Shown: positions 20,333 through 30,704, counted from the first letter of the stretch. The stretch: DNA of 64,000 nucleotides from Methylobacter sp. (GCF_004322395.1 NZ_SCTW01000078.1:7790-71789), one strand, 5' to 3'. The notes: generated from the letters alone by a model not told the origin. Program-made: numbers and translations.

Positions 20333-23300
20333 ATGAAAATACTAAATATTCATTTTAAAAACATCAATTCATTGGAAGGAGAGAGCCGGATCGATTTTGA
20401 GCTGGCTCCTTTTTCGGATACCGGGGTTTTTGCCATTACCGGTCCTAACGGATCGGGAAAGTCCAGTATTTTAGATGCGATTACACTGGGCTTGTATGGC
20501 GAGACTTTCCGGTTCGATCGCCCTGCCAAACATGTGATGACCCAGCACACGGCCGAGTGTTTTTCGGAAATTGAATTTGTTCTGGATCAGGTGAAATACC
20601 GATCCAGCTGGCATGCGCAACGGGTAGATGCAAATCCCGAGGGCGAGTTAACGCCGCCTGAAATGAAGTTGATCCGTTTAAGCGATAACGAAGTGCTGGC
20701 AACCACAGCTCAACAGGTCTGCTCGCGTATTACCGAAATTACCGGGATGAATTTCCGTAATTTCACCCGCTCAATAATGCTGGCGCAGGGCGATTTTGCC
20801 GCATTCCTGAACGCGCTGGACAATGAGCGCATGGATATCCTGGAAAAAATCATCAGCGCCGATATTTATACGGACTATAAAAATGAAGTCCTTCAAAAAG
20901 CCGCCGATGCGCAGCAACGTTTGGATTATTTAAAACAGGATTTGTCGGTGATACCGGCCATGGGGCCGGAGCAACTGGAAGCCTGGGAACATGATTTGAT
21001 CGATTTTAACGATCAAGCCGCCGAGTTGTGGGAGCGGCAAAGCCATCTAAAGCAACAACAAGCCTCATTGCAAAATGTATTGGTTTTGCAAAACCGGATT
21101 GCCGACCAGGAAAAAAACCTGCAACAAGCTAAAGCACTGGCAGCAAGCGAACAGCAAAAGCTGCATCGGCTGGCTATGGCTCAGGACGCCCTGCTGTTTA
21201 AAGACGATGTACAGGTGATTAAGGATAAAAATCACGAGATTCATCAGGGTAAAGCCATACTGGCGGACTTTAAGGGCGAACTCAGGCAGATACAAGACCG
21301 AATCGGCGCAAACAAAGCCGCTACTCCGGACGGCTTACCGCAAAAATCGGTTACGGAACAAGGGCGAGCGATAACCGATCTTAGAACTCAAATAGGTCTG
21401 CTTACTTCGCAGCGGCTGTCGGAATCCGACTTATGGCAATCTTTGGGCACGCAGATTGATGAGAAAACATCCGTTCTTGCCTCGGTGTCAAAATGGCTGG
21501 AAGATCATGCGGTGGATGAATCTTTATTGGCCAGCTTTCCTGAAACAGTCAAATTAAAAAATCTCCGGGCCGATTTGCTTGAGTTAAAAGAAAAGCAAAA
21601 AGCATTCGCCCGATGGTCGAAAAATTCCGCCTCATCGCTGAAAAATAACCAATCCGCCATTGCGCAGGAAAATAAAAGAATTACCGAATTAAACCGCCAA
21701 CTGCCACTATCGAAAAAGGCGCTGGATGAGTTGGCGCAAGGCAAAAATCTGGCTGAACTTGAGGAATTTCGGCAAGAACAGCAAGAACGGGTTAAAGATT
21801 TTCGGGAACTTTATAACCTGACCGTGGCGAATCAAAAGCTAAGTAAGAGTCGCTTTAGCTTTTTCGGCATCTTTGGCCGTAAAGAGCAACCGGATCATGA
21901 TATTGAGCAACTAGAGTCTGAACTTGAAGCGTTAAAACAGGAAATAATCCGGGAAGAAAATATTAGGCTCACGCTGGAAACGGCTGTTTTCCGTGAAACG
22001 CTGTTAAAAAAAATGGCGGCAGACCGGTCGCATCTGGTCGATGGCGAGCCTTGCTTTTTATGCGGTTCTTTAAAACATCCTTATGCCGAACATCCACCGA
22101 AAGAGGCCAATTCCCAACAGGCCTTGGCTGATCAGAAAACAAAAATAAGGACGTTAAAAGTGACCGGCGGCAAACTGGCGCAGCAAATTAAAACGGCGCG
22201 AAAACTGGCGGAAAAGAATCAGGCTAACCACACAGAGCTGCTAAGGATCAGGTCCCAATGGCAAACTTTAAGTAACCGGCTTTATATAGCTAGTGAAAAC
22301 TTAAATATCAATAAAGTACGCTTGATGAGAAGCTTGTTAAGCGCTGAAATTAAGGAATTAAAAACCATAACCAGTGTGGTTGCCGCTTATCGCGGCAAGC
22401 AGGCCGGCATTGAGCAATTAGAGGCTTTAATCGCCAGAGGCAAAGCCACGGTTGAACGCCTGAAGTTAACCACTCGAGAGCTGGATGCCGAACGGCTACA
22501 GCGTCCCAAGGAAGAGATCGATTACGAAGCCGTATTGGCGGCACGGCAACAGGAAGAACAACAACTGGCCGACAAGGTGCTTGGTCAATTAGCTTCGCTG
22601 GGCGAAAAAATGCCTTCCAAAGGCAAGGAAGATGCATTGTTCGACCGGTTGAATGCGCGTCGACAAGACTATCAAAGCTATCTTATCCGTCGAAAAAACT
22701 TAAGCGAAGAGCTGGAAGGGTTGAAAGCAAAAGCGGAGCAGTGCCAAGTTGAAATTGCCGCATGCAATGAGAAACTGGAGCGATATAACCTTGAGTTGCA
22801 AAGCGAGGAAATCATCGGCCTGCATTTGGCCTTGATTGAAAAGCAAAAGCTGATTGCCAACAAGGAACAGCTTATTGCCAGCCAAGAAGCTGAGCTGGGT
22901 ATGTTGAAGCGGGTACTACAAGACAAAATCCAGGGCACTTCGTTTACCAGCCTGCATGAGCTGACTGAAATGCTGGAACTGTTGCAACACCAGCCTGAAC
23001 TGGAGCGGCATGTCGCGGAGCTGGAGCAGGAAATAGACGCCAGAACTATTGAGTTGGAACAAAGCCGATTGGAGTTGGAAGCTGAAACTGCGCCGGTTGC
23101 AGATGAGTTAAGCCCGGAAGAATTGGACGCCCAACTGCGGAGCGTTACCGAAAAACTGGATATAGCCTATCTTGAAGTACAGCGCCTGGAACTGCTGTTG
23201 GATGAGCAAAAACAATTCCAGCAAAAAGCCGATGCGATTTTGGCTCAGTTGCAGGATCAAGAAGAAGTTACCCGGCTGTGCAACGCCGAGGCCGCTCAAA

Positions 23301-23779
23301 TAGCCGAGGAAAGCGGCATGGCTTTTCGCCGTCGGGTACAAAAACGGGTCGCCGAGCGGCTATTGTCCCAAACCAATGCGGTGCTGGAAAAAGTCAGCGG
23401 CCGCTATTACTTACGGCAGATGCCCAGTGAGCAGGGGCTAGCGCTGGAAGTTGAAGACACTTACCAAGGAAATGTGCACCGGCTGCCCAAAACCTTGTCC
23501 GGCGGCGAGAGTTTTGTCGTGAGCCTGTCGTTGGCGCTGGGGCTTTCGGAATTAGCCAATAACGGCAAGGCCGTGGATTCGTTGTTTCTCGATGAAGGCT
23601 TCGGTAATTTGGATGCGGAAACGCTTTATTCGGTCATCAGTACCCTGGAAAGCTTGCATACTCACGGCAAAACCGTCGGCGTTATTTCCCATATCGAAGG
23701 CGTTCAAAAACGTTTTAAAGCCCAACTGCAAGTGGTTAAAAAACCTAACGGCATGGGTATGTTGAAACAAGCTTCATAG
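20333..23779 (+). CDS. sbcC: SbcC-like SMC-family ATPase
   Basis: KNINSL, Walker A GPNGSGKS, Q-loop LAQGDF, central hook CFLC, signature LSGGE, Walker B LFLDEGFG, GVISH; long coiled coils. Confidence 0.88.
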   Translation: MKILNIHFKNINSLEGESRIDFELAPFSDTGVFAITGPNGSGKSSILDAITLGLYGETFRFDRPAKHVMTQHTAECFSEIEFVLDQVKYRSSWHAQRVDANPEGELTPPEMKLIRLSDNEVLATTAQQVCSRITEITGMNFRNFTRSIMLAQGDFAAFLNALDNERMDILEKIISADIYTDYKNEVLQKAADAQQRLDYLKQDLSVIPAMGPEQLEAWEHDLIDFNDQAAELWERQSHLKQQQASLQNVLVLQNRIADQEKNLQQAKALAASEQQKLHRLAMAQDALLFKDDVQVIKDKNHEIHQGKAILADFKGELRQIQDRIGANKAATPDGLPQKSVTEQGRAITDLRTQIGLLTSQRLSESDLWQSLGTQIDEKTSVLASVSKWLEDHAVDESLLASFPETVKLKNLRADLLELKEKQKAFARWSKNSASSLKNNQSAIAQENKRITELNRQLPLSKKALDELAQGKNLAELEEFRQEQQERVKDFRELYNLTVANQKLSKSRFSFFGIFGRKEQPDHDIEQLESELEALKQEIIREENIRLTLETAVFRETLLKKMAADRSHLVDGEPCFLCGSLKHPYAEHPPKEANSQQALADQKTKIRTLKVTGGKLAQQIKTARKLAEKNQANHTELLRIRSQWQTLSNRLYIASENLNINKVRLMRSLLSAEIKELKTITSVVAAYRGKQAGIEQLEALIARGKATVERLKLTTRELDAERLQRPKEEIDYEAVLAARQQEEQQLADKVLGQLASLGEKMPSKGKEDALFDRLNARRQDYQSYLIRRKNLSEELEGLKAKAEQCQVEIAACNEKLERYNLELQSEEIIGLHLALIEKQKLIANKEQLIASQEAELGMLKRVLQDKIQGTSFTSLHELTEMLELLQHQPELERHVAELEQEIDARTIELEQSRLELEAETAPVADELSPEELDAQLRSVTEKLDIAYLEVQRLELLLDEQKQFQQKADAILAQLQDQEEVTRLCNAEAAQIAEESGMAFRRRVQKRVAERLLSQTNAVLEKVSGRYYLRQMPSEQGLALEVEDTYQGNVHRLPKTLSGGESFVVSLSLALGLSELANNGKAVDSLFLDEGFGNLDAETLYSVISTLESLHTHGKTVGVISHIEGVQKRFKAQLQVVKKPNGMGMLKQAS

Positions 23780-23809
23780 CAGGACGGAGTACTCTAACCC
23801 CGCCCTGCT
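23778..23809. repeat. REP-like hairpin / terminator between convergent genes
   Basis: AGCAGGACGGAGTACTCTAACCCCGCCCTGCT; resembles the GGACGGAGTT...CCGTCC arms at 36.5 and 36.9 kb. Confidence 0.55.
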
Positions 23810-23870
23810 CTTGATAGTTATATATGCAACACTTTTAGCGTAGCTTGTCTCCAAGTGCTGCCATAACGCA

Positions 23871-24515
23871 TTAGTCGCCGAATTTAATCGAAGCAATAAT
23901 TTGCTGCAAAGCCGGACGGCATTCTTCAAAGTGTTCGGTTTCCGCAGCAGCCATCATATTGATGTAATAGTTCTGCCGATCATAGGATTGATAAATAATG
24001 CGTTGATGGCCTCCGGCCTGACCTTTTTCAGTCAACTCCCAACCTCTTGTAAACCGCACTTTTTTGCCTTTTTCCATGCCTGATTCATCCCTGCGCTTGG
24101 CGGAAAGGTTTTTATCAATTTTGATATCTTTCTTGGCGCTGTCTAAAGAAGCCTTAACCGAAGCTTCCGCAGGAAAATCCATTTGCATGCGCGTCATATT
24201 AAACTGAAAACTACATGTTTTAGCCAGCGGCTCCTGCATGAACACAACCGTATCGGAATTAACATCCCCGCTTTGCTTCGACCAACCGGCCGGTATAACA
24301 AAAGAGAAGTTGCGGTCTTTATTTTTGTAAGTTACCGCTTCAGTGGATCCCGTCGCACCACCCGCCGCAGCCTGCGGCTGAACTGAGGATGAAGCGGGGC
24401 TAAGCGATTGATTAAGAAGTCCCTGCCCTACATTAGCGGAGTTACAGCCCACCAAAAGAACAGTGCACGCTAAGGTTGTTACTCCGGCCGAAAATAATAC
24501 TTTATTATTGTTCAT
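23871..24515 (-). CDS. Hypothetical lipoprotein, possible PsbP/DcrB-like fold
   Basis: Lipobox LVGC, low-complexity linker, FSFVIPAGW motif typical of PsbP/DcrB-like domains. Confidence 0.55.
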   Translation of the reverse strand: MNNNKVLFSAGVTTLACTVLLVGCNSANVGQGLLNQSLSPASSSVQPQAAAGGATGSTEAVTYKNKDRNFSFVIPAGWSKQSGDVNSDTVVFMQEPLAKTCSFQFNMTRMQMDFPAEASVKASLDSAKKDIKIDKNLSAKRRDESGMEKGKKVRFTRGWELTEKGQAGGHQRIIYQSYDRQNYYINMMAAAETEHFEECRPALQQIIASIKFGD

Positions 24516-24836
24516 TATTAATTTCCTTAAAATTATTGTTTTTTGAAAATTTTACAGCAATCGGAATTTAACCCCTTTTTTCAACACTGACTAGCTTTTA
24601 TTTTCCAATTCGTTGATAAATTAAATAAAAATCATGTTGTCATCCACGGCAGATCCGGTGCAAACTTAGCCGTGTAGCTTGGGTGGCTTCTTTTTGCAAT
24701 CCAACATATTGGCGCAGTAATATGCCGAATCGATAATGGTCCATTTTTTAAATGGCTATTAAAAAGTCCTGTTACTGAGAGGCGTTGTATTTTGTTGTGT
24801 TATAACTTTCGCTGGATTTGACAAAAAGAGACTCGA

Positions 24837-25085
24837 ATGATGGCGGCAATTACGTTTGATATCTTGAAATATGCAAATAGGCTAAAAGCGGCTGGAGCCG
24901 AGTCACGTATAGCAGAGGCTGAAGCAGAAGCGTTAGCCGAAGTTTTTAAGCTGAATTTGATCGAAGTGGCTACTCGTGAAGACTTAAAACACATGGAAGA
25001 ACGATTGCTTCAACTTGAACAACGTATGATTATCAAATTAGGCGGGTTAATGGTTGTCGCAATAGGGGGCTTGAAAATTTTATAG
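24837..25085 (+). CDS. DUF1640/CCDC90-like small coiled-coil membrane protein
   Basis: ITFDILKYANRLKAAG...VATREDL...coiled coil, then C-terminal TM (IIKLGGLMVV). Confidence 0.75.
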   Translation: MMAAITFDILKYANRLKAAGAESRIAEAEAEALAEVFKLNLIEVATREDLKHMEERLLQLEQRMIIKLGGLMVVAIGGLKIL

Positions 25086-25104
25086 GTTTGAGAATACTAA
25101 GCCT

Positions 25105-26448
25105 TTAAGGCAAATAAACACTCCATTTCATTCCTCCGAGCGTCTCGCTCTTCTTGCCTTCCAGTTGTCCGCCAAGCAGTCGAACTAATTCATGGACAAC
25201 AGCCATACCGATTCCGTGCCCGTGGATATTCTCATCGGCCCTGACGCCCCTTTTTAAAATCTCGGCCAGCTTTTCCGGAGGGATTCCTGGCCCGTCGTCT
25301 TCAATTTCCAGTAACACTGAAAAATTCCGCCTGCCTTTGCGTTGATTAACGGAAACGCTGGCTTTTACTGTACGCTTACACCACTTGCAGGCGTTATCCA
25401 TCAGGTTTCCGGCAATTTCATAAAGATCGCCTTCTTCGTAATAAATCGGGCTTTGTTCCGGCACAGTCATATCGAAAGTTATATTTTTATCGACATAAAC
25501 TTTACCCAGAGATGCGTTTATTTTTTTTATTATTGTTGATAAATCCACGGTCCCAGCGGTTTTATGCTCGCCTTTTGCCGCCGCCCGCTGTAATTGATAC
25601 TCGACGATTTCATTCATACGGAAAATCTGTTCTTTTACCGTCTCCTTGTTAACATTGAAAGATTCGGCGCAGCCGCGCAGTATCGATAGCGGCGTTTTCA
25701 GGCTGTGCGCCAAATCGGCCAGGGCATTGCGATAGCGTTCCAGATGCGCCCGCTCACTGTTGATGAAAGCGTTAAGGTTTCCGGCAAGCCCTTCCAGTTC
25801 GGTTGCATAATCTCCGTCCAAATGGGTTTTGCGCCCCTTTTCGATAGCTTCAAGATCTTTTACGACAATCCGTAAAGGCTTCAAGCCCCAGCGCAACAAG
25901 GTCAGCTGGATAAATATCAAAACCAGGCCTAACGCCAGCAGCCATGTTCTTAAGGTTTCTCTAAAACGCTCCATCTGACTGCTGACAAACTGCGCATCTT
26001 CGGTCACGGTAAAGATGTATTCGCGCTCTATGCCGACGACGTTTTTCCAGATAACCGCGTAATGCAGCGCGTAACGACCCTGTTCGGTTAATAAAAATTC
26101 AAAGTGGCCTGCGCTTAATTCTGGTGGAGGCTTTATATTGAGACCGATGGCAGATGGCGAGCGCCAGACCAGATTTTTTTTTGCCAAATGTATAAAGCCA
26201 TAAAGACCGGAACCAGGGGTTGCAAACCGCGGCTCCGGTAAATTAGGCGGCATGCTTAAGTCTCCGGAGTTTTTAAGTTCGGCGGCAGACAACAGCGAGT
26301 ACACATGAACCTGCAATTTTTCCTGTAATGCCTGTTCGGCGCTCTCAAGAAAGCCTCGTTCAAGCACCACAGAAGCCAAGGCGAAGAATGCAGCAAGCAC
26401 AAGGCCGGCCGAAAGCAGCAGTCGAAAGCTTAACGATCTAACTTGCAT
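25105..26448 (-). CDS. PhoQ-like sensor histidine kinase
   Basis: TM-periplasmic-TM-HAMP, H-box LAHSLKTPL, N-box GNLMDNACKW, DDGPGI, GHGIGM. Confidence 0.88.
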   Translation of the reverse strand: MQVRSLSFRLLLSAGLVLAAFFALASVVLERGFLESAEQALQEKLQVHVYSLLSAAELKNSGDLSMPPNLPEPRFATPGSGLYGFIHLAKKNLVWRSPSAIGLNIKPPPELSAGHFEFLLTEQGRYALHYAVIWKNVVGIEREYIFTVTEDAQFVSSQMERFRETLRTWLLALGLVLIFIQLTLLRWGLKPLRIVVKDLEAIEKGRKTHLDGDYATELEGLAGNLNAFINSERAHLERYRNALADLAHSLKTPLSILRGCAESFNVNKETVKEQIFRMNEIVEYQLQRAAAKGEHKTAGTVDLSTIIKKINASLGKVYVDKNITFDMTVPEQSPIYYEEGDLYEIAGNLMDNACKWCKRTVKASVSVNQRKGRRNFSVLLEIEDDGPGIPPEKLAEILKRGVRADENIHGHGIGMAVVHELVRLLGGQLEGKKSETLGGMKWSVYLP

Positions 26449-26466
26449 TCGGATTTGAGGATCGAA

Positions 26467-27144
26467 TCAATCGCGCTCGGCATGAATCGTATAACCCCGG
26501 CCACGCAAGGTTTCAATGGGTTTGCGCGTGCCGTCCGGATCGAGCTTTTTTCTCAATCGACCGATAAAAACTTCGAGAACATTGCTGTCGCGCTCAAAGT
26601 CTTCATCGTAAATATGCGCAGTCAAAACGGATTTTGAAACCACTTCGCCTTTGCGAAACATCAGGTATTCCAGCACCTTGTATTCGTAAGCGGTTAATTC
26701 CTGCCTGACGCCGGACACGGTCACTTCCTGGGCCACGGTGTCCAGTTCGATATTGTCATGGGTTAATACCGGATGGGCGACTCCGGCCGACCGCCTTATC
26801 AAGGCGTTAATCCTGGCCAGTAACTCTTCATAATGAAAAGGTTTAACCAGGTAATCATCGGCTCCCGCTTCCAATCCCTCTACTTTTTCCTGCCAACGGC
26901 TACGCGCGGTTAAAATTAGGATAGGGACTGCGATTTTGTCTTTACGCAAGCGCTTGATCAGTTCGATGCCGGAAAAATCGGGCAGGCCGATGTCGACCAC
27001 GGCCGCATCAATCGGATATTCCTTGCCCATGTAATAACCGTCGCGGCCGGTATTTGCAGTATCAACGGCAAAACCTTTATCGGCAAAGAACTGCTGGATT
27101 TGTTCGCAGAGTTTTACTTCATCTTCAACAACTAGGATACGCAT
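26467..27144 (-). CDS. PhoP/OmpR-family response regulator
   Basis: VVEDE, VVDIGLPD, GADDYLVKPF, winged helix (SNVLEVFIGRLRKKL, ETLRGRGY). Confidence 0.92.
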   Translation of the reverse strand: MRILVVEDEVKLCEQIQQFFADKGFAVDTANTGRDGYYMGKEYPIDAAVVDIGLPDFSGIELIKRLRKDKIAVPILILTARSRWQEKVEGLEAGADDYLVKPFHYEELLARINALIRRSAGVAHPVLTHDNIELDTVAQEVTVSGVRQELTAYEYKVLEYLMFRKGEVVSKSVLTAHIYDEDFERDSNVLEVFIGRLRKKLDPDGTRKPIETLRGRGYTIHAERD

Positions 27145-27162
27145 GTTTTTCGTCTGTTGAGG

Positions 27163-27423
27163 TTAACTCACTAATTGGCCGGTTTCGGCATCGATTTTGT
27201 AATATTGGATGCGGCCATCGGGCGTCAGCACTTTGATGATATAGACTTCCTTGCCATCAATTATTTCTATTTGCGCGCCCAGCACCTTGTTGTAGGTGCC
27301 TTCGATAATTTGCTTGGTAGCCTCGTCCAAACTGACATTTGCCAATAGCTTGGTTTCTGCAAAACAGCTATTGGAAAACAACAAGGCGGCTATAACGGCT
27401 TTAAGCAAATTTCTCATGGGCAA
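27163..27423 (-). CDS. Secreted PepSY domain protein
   Basis: Signal peptide; VSLDEA...YIIKVLTPDGRIQYYKIDAETG; usual position upstream of a PhoPQ-like pair. Confidence 0.8.
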   Translation of the reverse strand: MPMRNLLKAVIAALLFSNSCFAETKLLANVSLDEATKQIIEGTYNKVLGAQIEIIDGKEVYIIKVLTPDGRIQYYKIDAETGQLVS

Positions 27424-27473
27424 TCCAAGCTATCTGGGCATAATATGTCTGTTCAACGTAACTACAAAAATAG

Positions 27474-27594
27474 AACGCGGATGACACAGATGATTATGAT
27501 AAACGCGGATAACCTAGAAATGGCAATCAACTGATTTTTCCAGGATAATCCAAAAAATCTTATTCAATCATAAGTATCAGCTTCATCTGCGTCC
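27474..27594. repeat. Degenerate inverted repeat of ACGCRGAT-type units
   Basis: AACGCGGATGACACAGAT and AAACGCGGATAA on the left; ATCAGCTTCATCTGCGTCC (reverse complement GGACGCAGATGAAGCTGAT) on the right. Confidence 0.55.
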
Positions 27595-27647
27595 TATTAC
27601 TGAGCAAAGAGCATTTTAACCCATCACACTGAATCGATACTGAACAT

Positions 27648-28613
27648 TTAATGTAACGACACGCCCTGTGCCAGACTGCCGATTGCTTGTCCGAACGATG
27701 CGCCCAATTTGCCCGCAATTTTATCCAGCAAATGTTCTTGTTGGCTAAAATCAACTAATGTTTCCGCGCCGATCAATTCCTTGGCAACATAAGCCTGATT
27801 GCCCACGGCATCGACTATACCCAGCTTTACGCCTTGTTCACCGGTCCAAACCAGGCCTGAAAACATGTCGGGATCTTCTTTAAGCCGGTCGCCGCGGCCG
27901 GCTTTAACCGCGCTGATAAATTGCTGGTGTACTTGGTTTAACAGGGTTTGCACATAGCGGGACTCGTCTTCTTTAGGCGGCAAGAAAGGATCGAGCATAG
28001 CTTTATGCGCGCCTGCTGTGAACAGCCGGCGTTCTACGCCCAGCTTTTGCATGACGTCGACAAAACCGAAGCCATCCATCAATACGCCTATAGAGCCGAC
28101 CAGGCTGGAGGGATTCACAAAAATCTTGTCGCTGGCCGAGACGATAAAATAACAGCCTGATGCGCAAATATCGCTGACCACTGCATAAATCGGCAAGTTG
28201 GGATGTTCTTTTTTGATTTTCCTGATTTCTTCATAGACGTAAGAAGATTGCACAGGACTGCCGCCCGGAGAGTTGGCATTTAGAATAATACCTTTGGTGT
28301 GCTCGTCTTTGACTGCATTTTGCAAGCTTTCGATAATGCTGTCGGCATTAGCCTCTTTGCCTTCGGCAATCATGCCGACCACATCGATAACGGCGGTATG
28401 ATCTTTATTGTCTGCGCCAAAATCCCGGCTGATTTTGGGATACATAACAGCGATGAACAAGGCGATCAAATACATAAACATTAAGCTTTTAAAGAAAATG
28501 CCCCAACGTCTTGCCCTGGTTTGCTCGGTGACAGCAGCTAGCGCCAACTTTTCAATGACCTCTCGCTCCCAACCGGATTCGTGTATAACTTCTGGTTTGC
28601 TCTGATTGTCCAT
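27648..28613 (-). CDS. S49 family peptidase (SppA-like)
   Basis: NSPGGSP, CASGCY, VGSIGV, GAHKAMLDPF, GLVWTGEQ. Confidence 0.9.
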   Translation of the reverse strand: MDNQSKPEVIHESGWEREVIEKLALAAVTEQTRARRWGIFFKSLMFMYLIALFIAVMYPKISRDFGADNKDHTAVIDVVGMIAEGKEANADSIIESLQNAVKDEHTKGIILNANSPGGSPVQSSYVYEEIRKIKKEHPNLPIYAVVSDICASGCYFIVSASDKIFVNPSSLVGSIGVLMDGFGFVDVMQKLGVERRLFTAGAHKAMLDPFLPPKEDESRYVQTLLNQVHQQFISAVKAGRGDRLKEDPDMFSGLVWTGEQGVKLGIVDAVGNQAYVAKELIGAETLVDFSQQEHLLDKIAGKLGASFGQAIGSLAQGVSLH

Positions 28614-28619
28614 GCTTTG

Positions 28620-29273
28620 TTAACCTCTAATGATATTCAGTAATTCCGCCGGTTGCTGTAAGCACATCAACGGGCTGTATTGTTGCAATATGTCTTTCGG
28701 ATGCGCTCCGCATGACACCGCTATAGATGATATTTGGGCATTCATCGCCATTTGCAAGTCATGGGTGGAATCGCCCACCATTAAACTTCGTTCATTTGCT
28801 GCATTGGCATGCTGCATAATCTGATGCAGCATTAATGGATCCGGTTTAGAGGCGGTCTCGTCGGAGCAACGGGTAATGCAAAATAAGTCTTCGGTATCCG
28901 TCGCCTCTAGTGCTTGCTGCAATCCTGTCCGGGTTTTACCGGTAGCGACGGCCAGTTGATAACCCGTCTGTTTCAATTCCACCAACATTTCGTAAACGCC
29001 GGGAAACAAATCGTCCCGGCTTAACTGCCTGGATAAATAAGTTTGCTGGTAACAGGCTGTCAATTTTGGCAGCGTTGCATCACCGGCGCCCGGAAATAGC
29101 GTGGCACAGGCGTTGGTAATGCTCAGGCCGATCACGTCTTTTGCCGCCTGTGGTTCGGGAATCTCGTAGCCGCACTGCTTTCCGGCCGTTTGCAGGCAGT
29201 ATACAATCCAGTCTATCGAATCGATCAGGGTGCCGTCCCAATCGAATATGATTAAATCAAACCTGTTCTTCAT
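28620..29273 (-). CDS. HAD-IA family hydrolase (phosphoglycolate phosphatase-like)
   Basis: FDWDGTL, VATGK, SKPDP, MVGDSTHD. Confidence 0.9.
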   Translation of the reverse strand: MKNRFDLIIFDWDGTLIDSIDWIVYCLQTAGKQCGYEIPEPQAAKDVIGLSITNACATLFPGAGDATLPKLTACYQQTYLSRQLSRDDLFPGVYEMLVELKQTGYQLAVATGKTRTGLQQALEATDTEDLFCITRCSDETASKPDPLMLHQIMQHANAANERSLMVGDSTHDLQMAMNAQISSIAVSCGAHPKDILQQYSPLMCLQQPAELLNIIRG

Positions 29274-30216
29274 GTTTTAACAAATCTTCCAATTGCTGTG
29301 GCAGAGGCGCCAAAATGGTTAGCGGTGCGCCGGTAACCGGATGCTGAAATTTTAATTTTTCCGCGTGCAGGAACATGCGCTTATAGCCTCGGTCTTTAAA
29401 TCCGCGGTTAATTTCATCGCGTCCATAACGCTCGTCACCGACGATAGGATGCCCGAGACTCGCGGCGTGAACGCGTATTTGATGGGTACGGCCGGTTTTT
29501 GGCGACGCTTCAACCAGCGTCGAATCGCCAAATATTTTCAAGCGCCGAAACAGCGTCTCGGCCTCCTTGCCGGCTTGGCTGATCACAACCACGCGCTCGC
29601 CGCCTTTGCTGATGTTTTTCAGCAAAGGGGCTGTGACAACCAGTTTTTTCCTGGCCCATTGCCCTGCCAACAGGGCCAAATAAGTTTTATGGATGTGATT
29701 GTCGCGAAACAGTTCATGCAACAGTTTCAGCGCGCTACGCTTTTTGGCAATGATCAGGCAGCCGGAAGTATCTTTATCGAGTCGATGCACGAGTTCTAAA
29801 AAATGTGCATCCGGTCTTAACAGACGCAGTCCTTCGATAATGCCGGAACTAACGCCGCTACCGCCATGTACAGCGTAACCGGCCGGTTTGTTAACAATCA
29901 GGAAACCTTCATCTTCAAACAAAATGCCTTGTTGCAAAGCGGCTTGCAATCCCTGTGGAACATACGATTCTTCGCTGCGTTCGGCCACCCGGACCGGAGG
30001 AATTCTGACTATATCGCCTGTAATTAGCCGGTATTTAACGTCGACGCGTCCTTTATTAACCCTTACTTCACCTTTACGAACAATCCGGTAAATCCGGCTT
30101 TTAGGTACGCCTTTCAAGCGGGCAATTAAAAAGTTATCCAATCGTTGATCGCTATGTTCTTCTGTAATCTCGACCAGTTGGACTTGGGGTGTTACGGTTT
30201 TTTCTTCACTATTCAT
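29257..30216 (-). CDS. rluC: 23S rRNA pseudouridine synthase RluC
   Basis: S4 domain (QRLDNFL), NKPAG, HRLDKDTSG, TGRTHQIR; divergent from rne. Confidence 0.93.
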   Translation of the reverse strand: MNSEEKTVTPQVQLVEITEEHSDQRLDNFLIARLKGVPKSRIYRIVRKGEVRVNKGRVDVKYRLITGDIVRIPPVRVAERSEESYVPQGLQAALQQGILFEDEGFLIVNKPAGYAVHGGSGVSSGIIEGLRLLRPDAHFLELVHRLDKDTSGCLIIAKKRSALKLLHELFRDNHIHKTYLALLAGQWARKKLVVTAPLLKNISKGGERVVVISQAGKEAETLFRRLKIFGDSTLVEASPKTGRTHQIRVHAASLGHPIVGDERYGRDEINRGFKDRGYKRMFLHAEKLKFQHPVTGAPLTILAPLPQQLEDLLKHEEQV

Positions 30217-30259
30217 GATGCAAATAATACCAGCATCTGGTTATGATTGATTCTTTAAA

Positions 30260-30704
30260 TTGATGTATGACAATAAGATTGCTATATTAAGCTAGTTTTT
30301 TATATAAAAAACATACTTTTGCTCTGCGGTTTTTCACTAATAAAACTGCCTTGGAGCGCTCATCGATGATGATTAAAACAGCGTTTGATTACCACGTTGA
30401 CTCATCATTGTAAGATTTTCGGGTTCATCGTTCGACCCTAGACGAACGACTTATAACTCCTGTTTAAGACGGAATTTACAACCAAGACTGACATAAAGAA
30501 TATTTATTTGCTTAGAATCTGTCCGTGCAACCAATCCACGGTCTTCACTAAAGTGAAGATAGGGATATCAATGACAACACGCAGAAACGGAACATAATTA
30601 AGTTATGTAGAAGCGGACCAATACCCTTTCTACGCACACGATGAATAAAACCAGTCTGTTCAGTAAAATCTGACCATGGAGCAGGACACAACAAGGAATA
30701 TTGA
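30260..30704 (+). promoter_or_regulatory. Predicted rne promoter and ~410-nt 5' leader
   Basis: TTGATG (30260-30265)-17 bp-TATATT (30283-30288); no long ORF before the ATG at 30705; hairpins such as TCGTTCG/CGAACGA. Confidence 0.55.
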
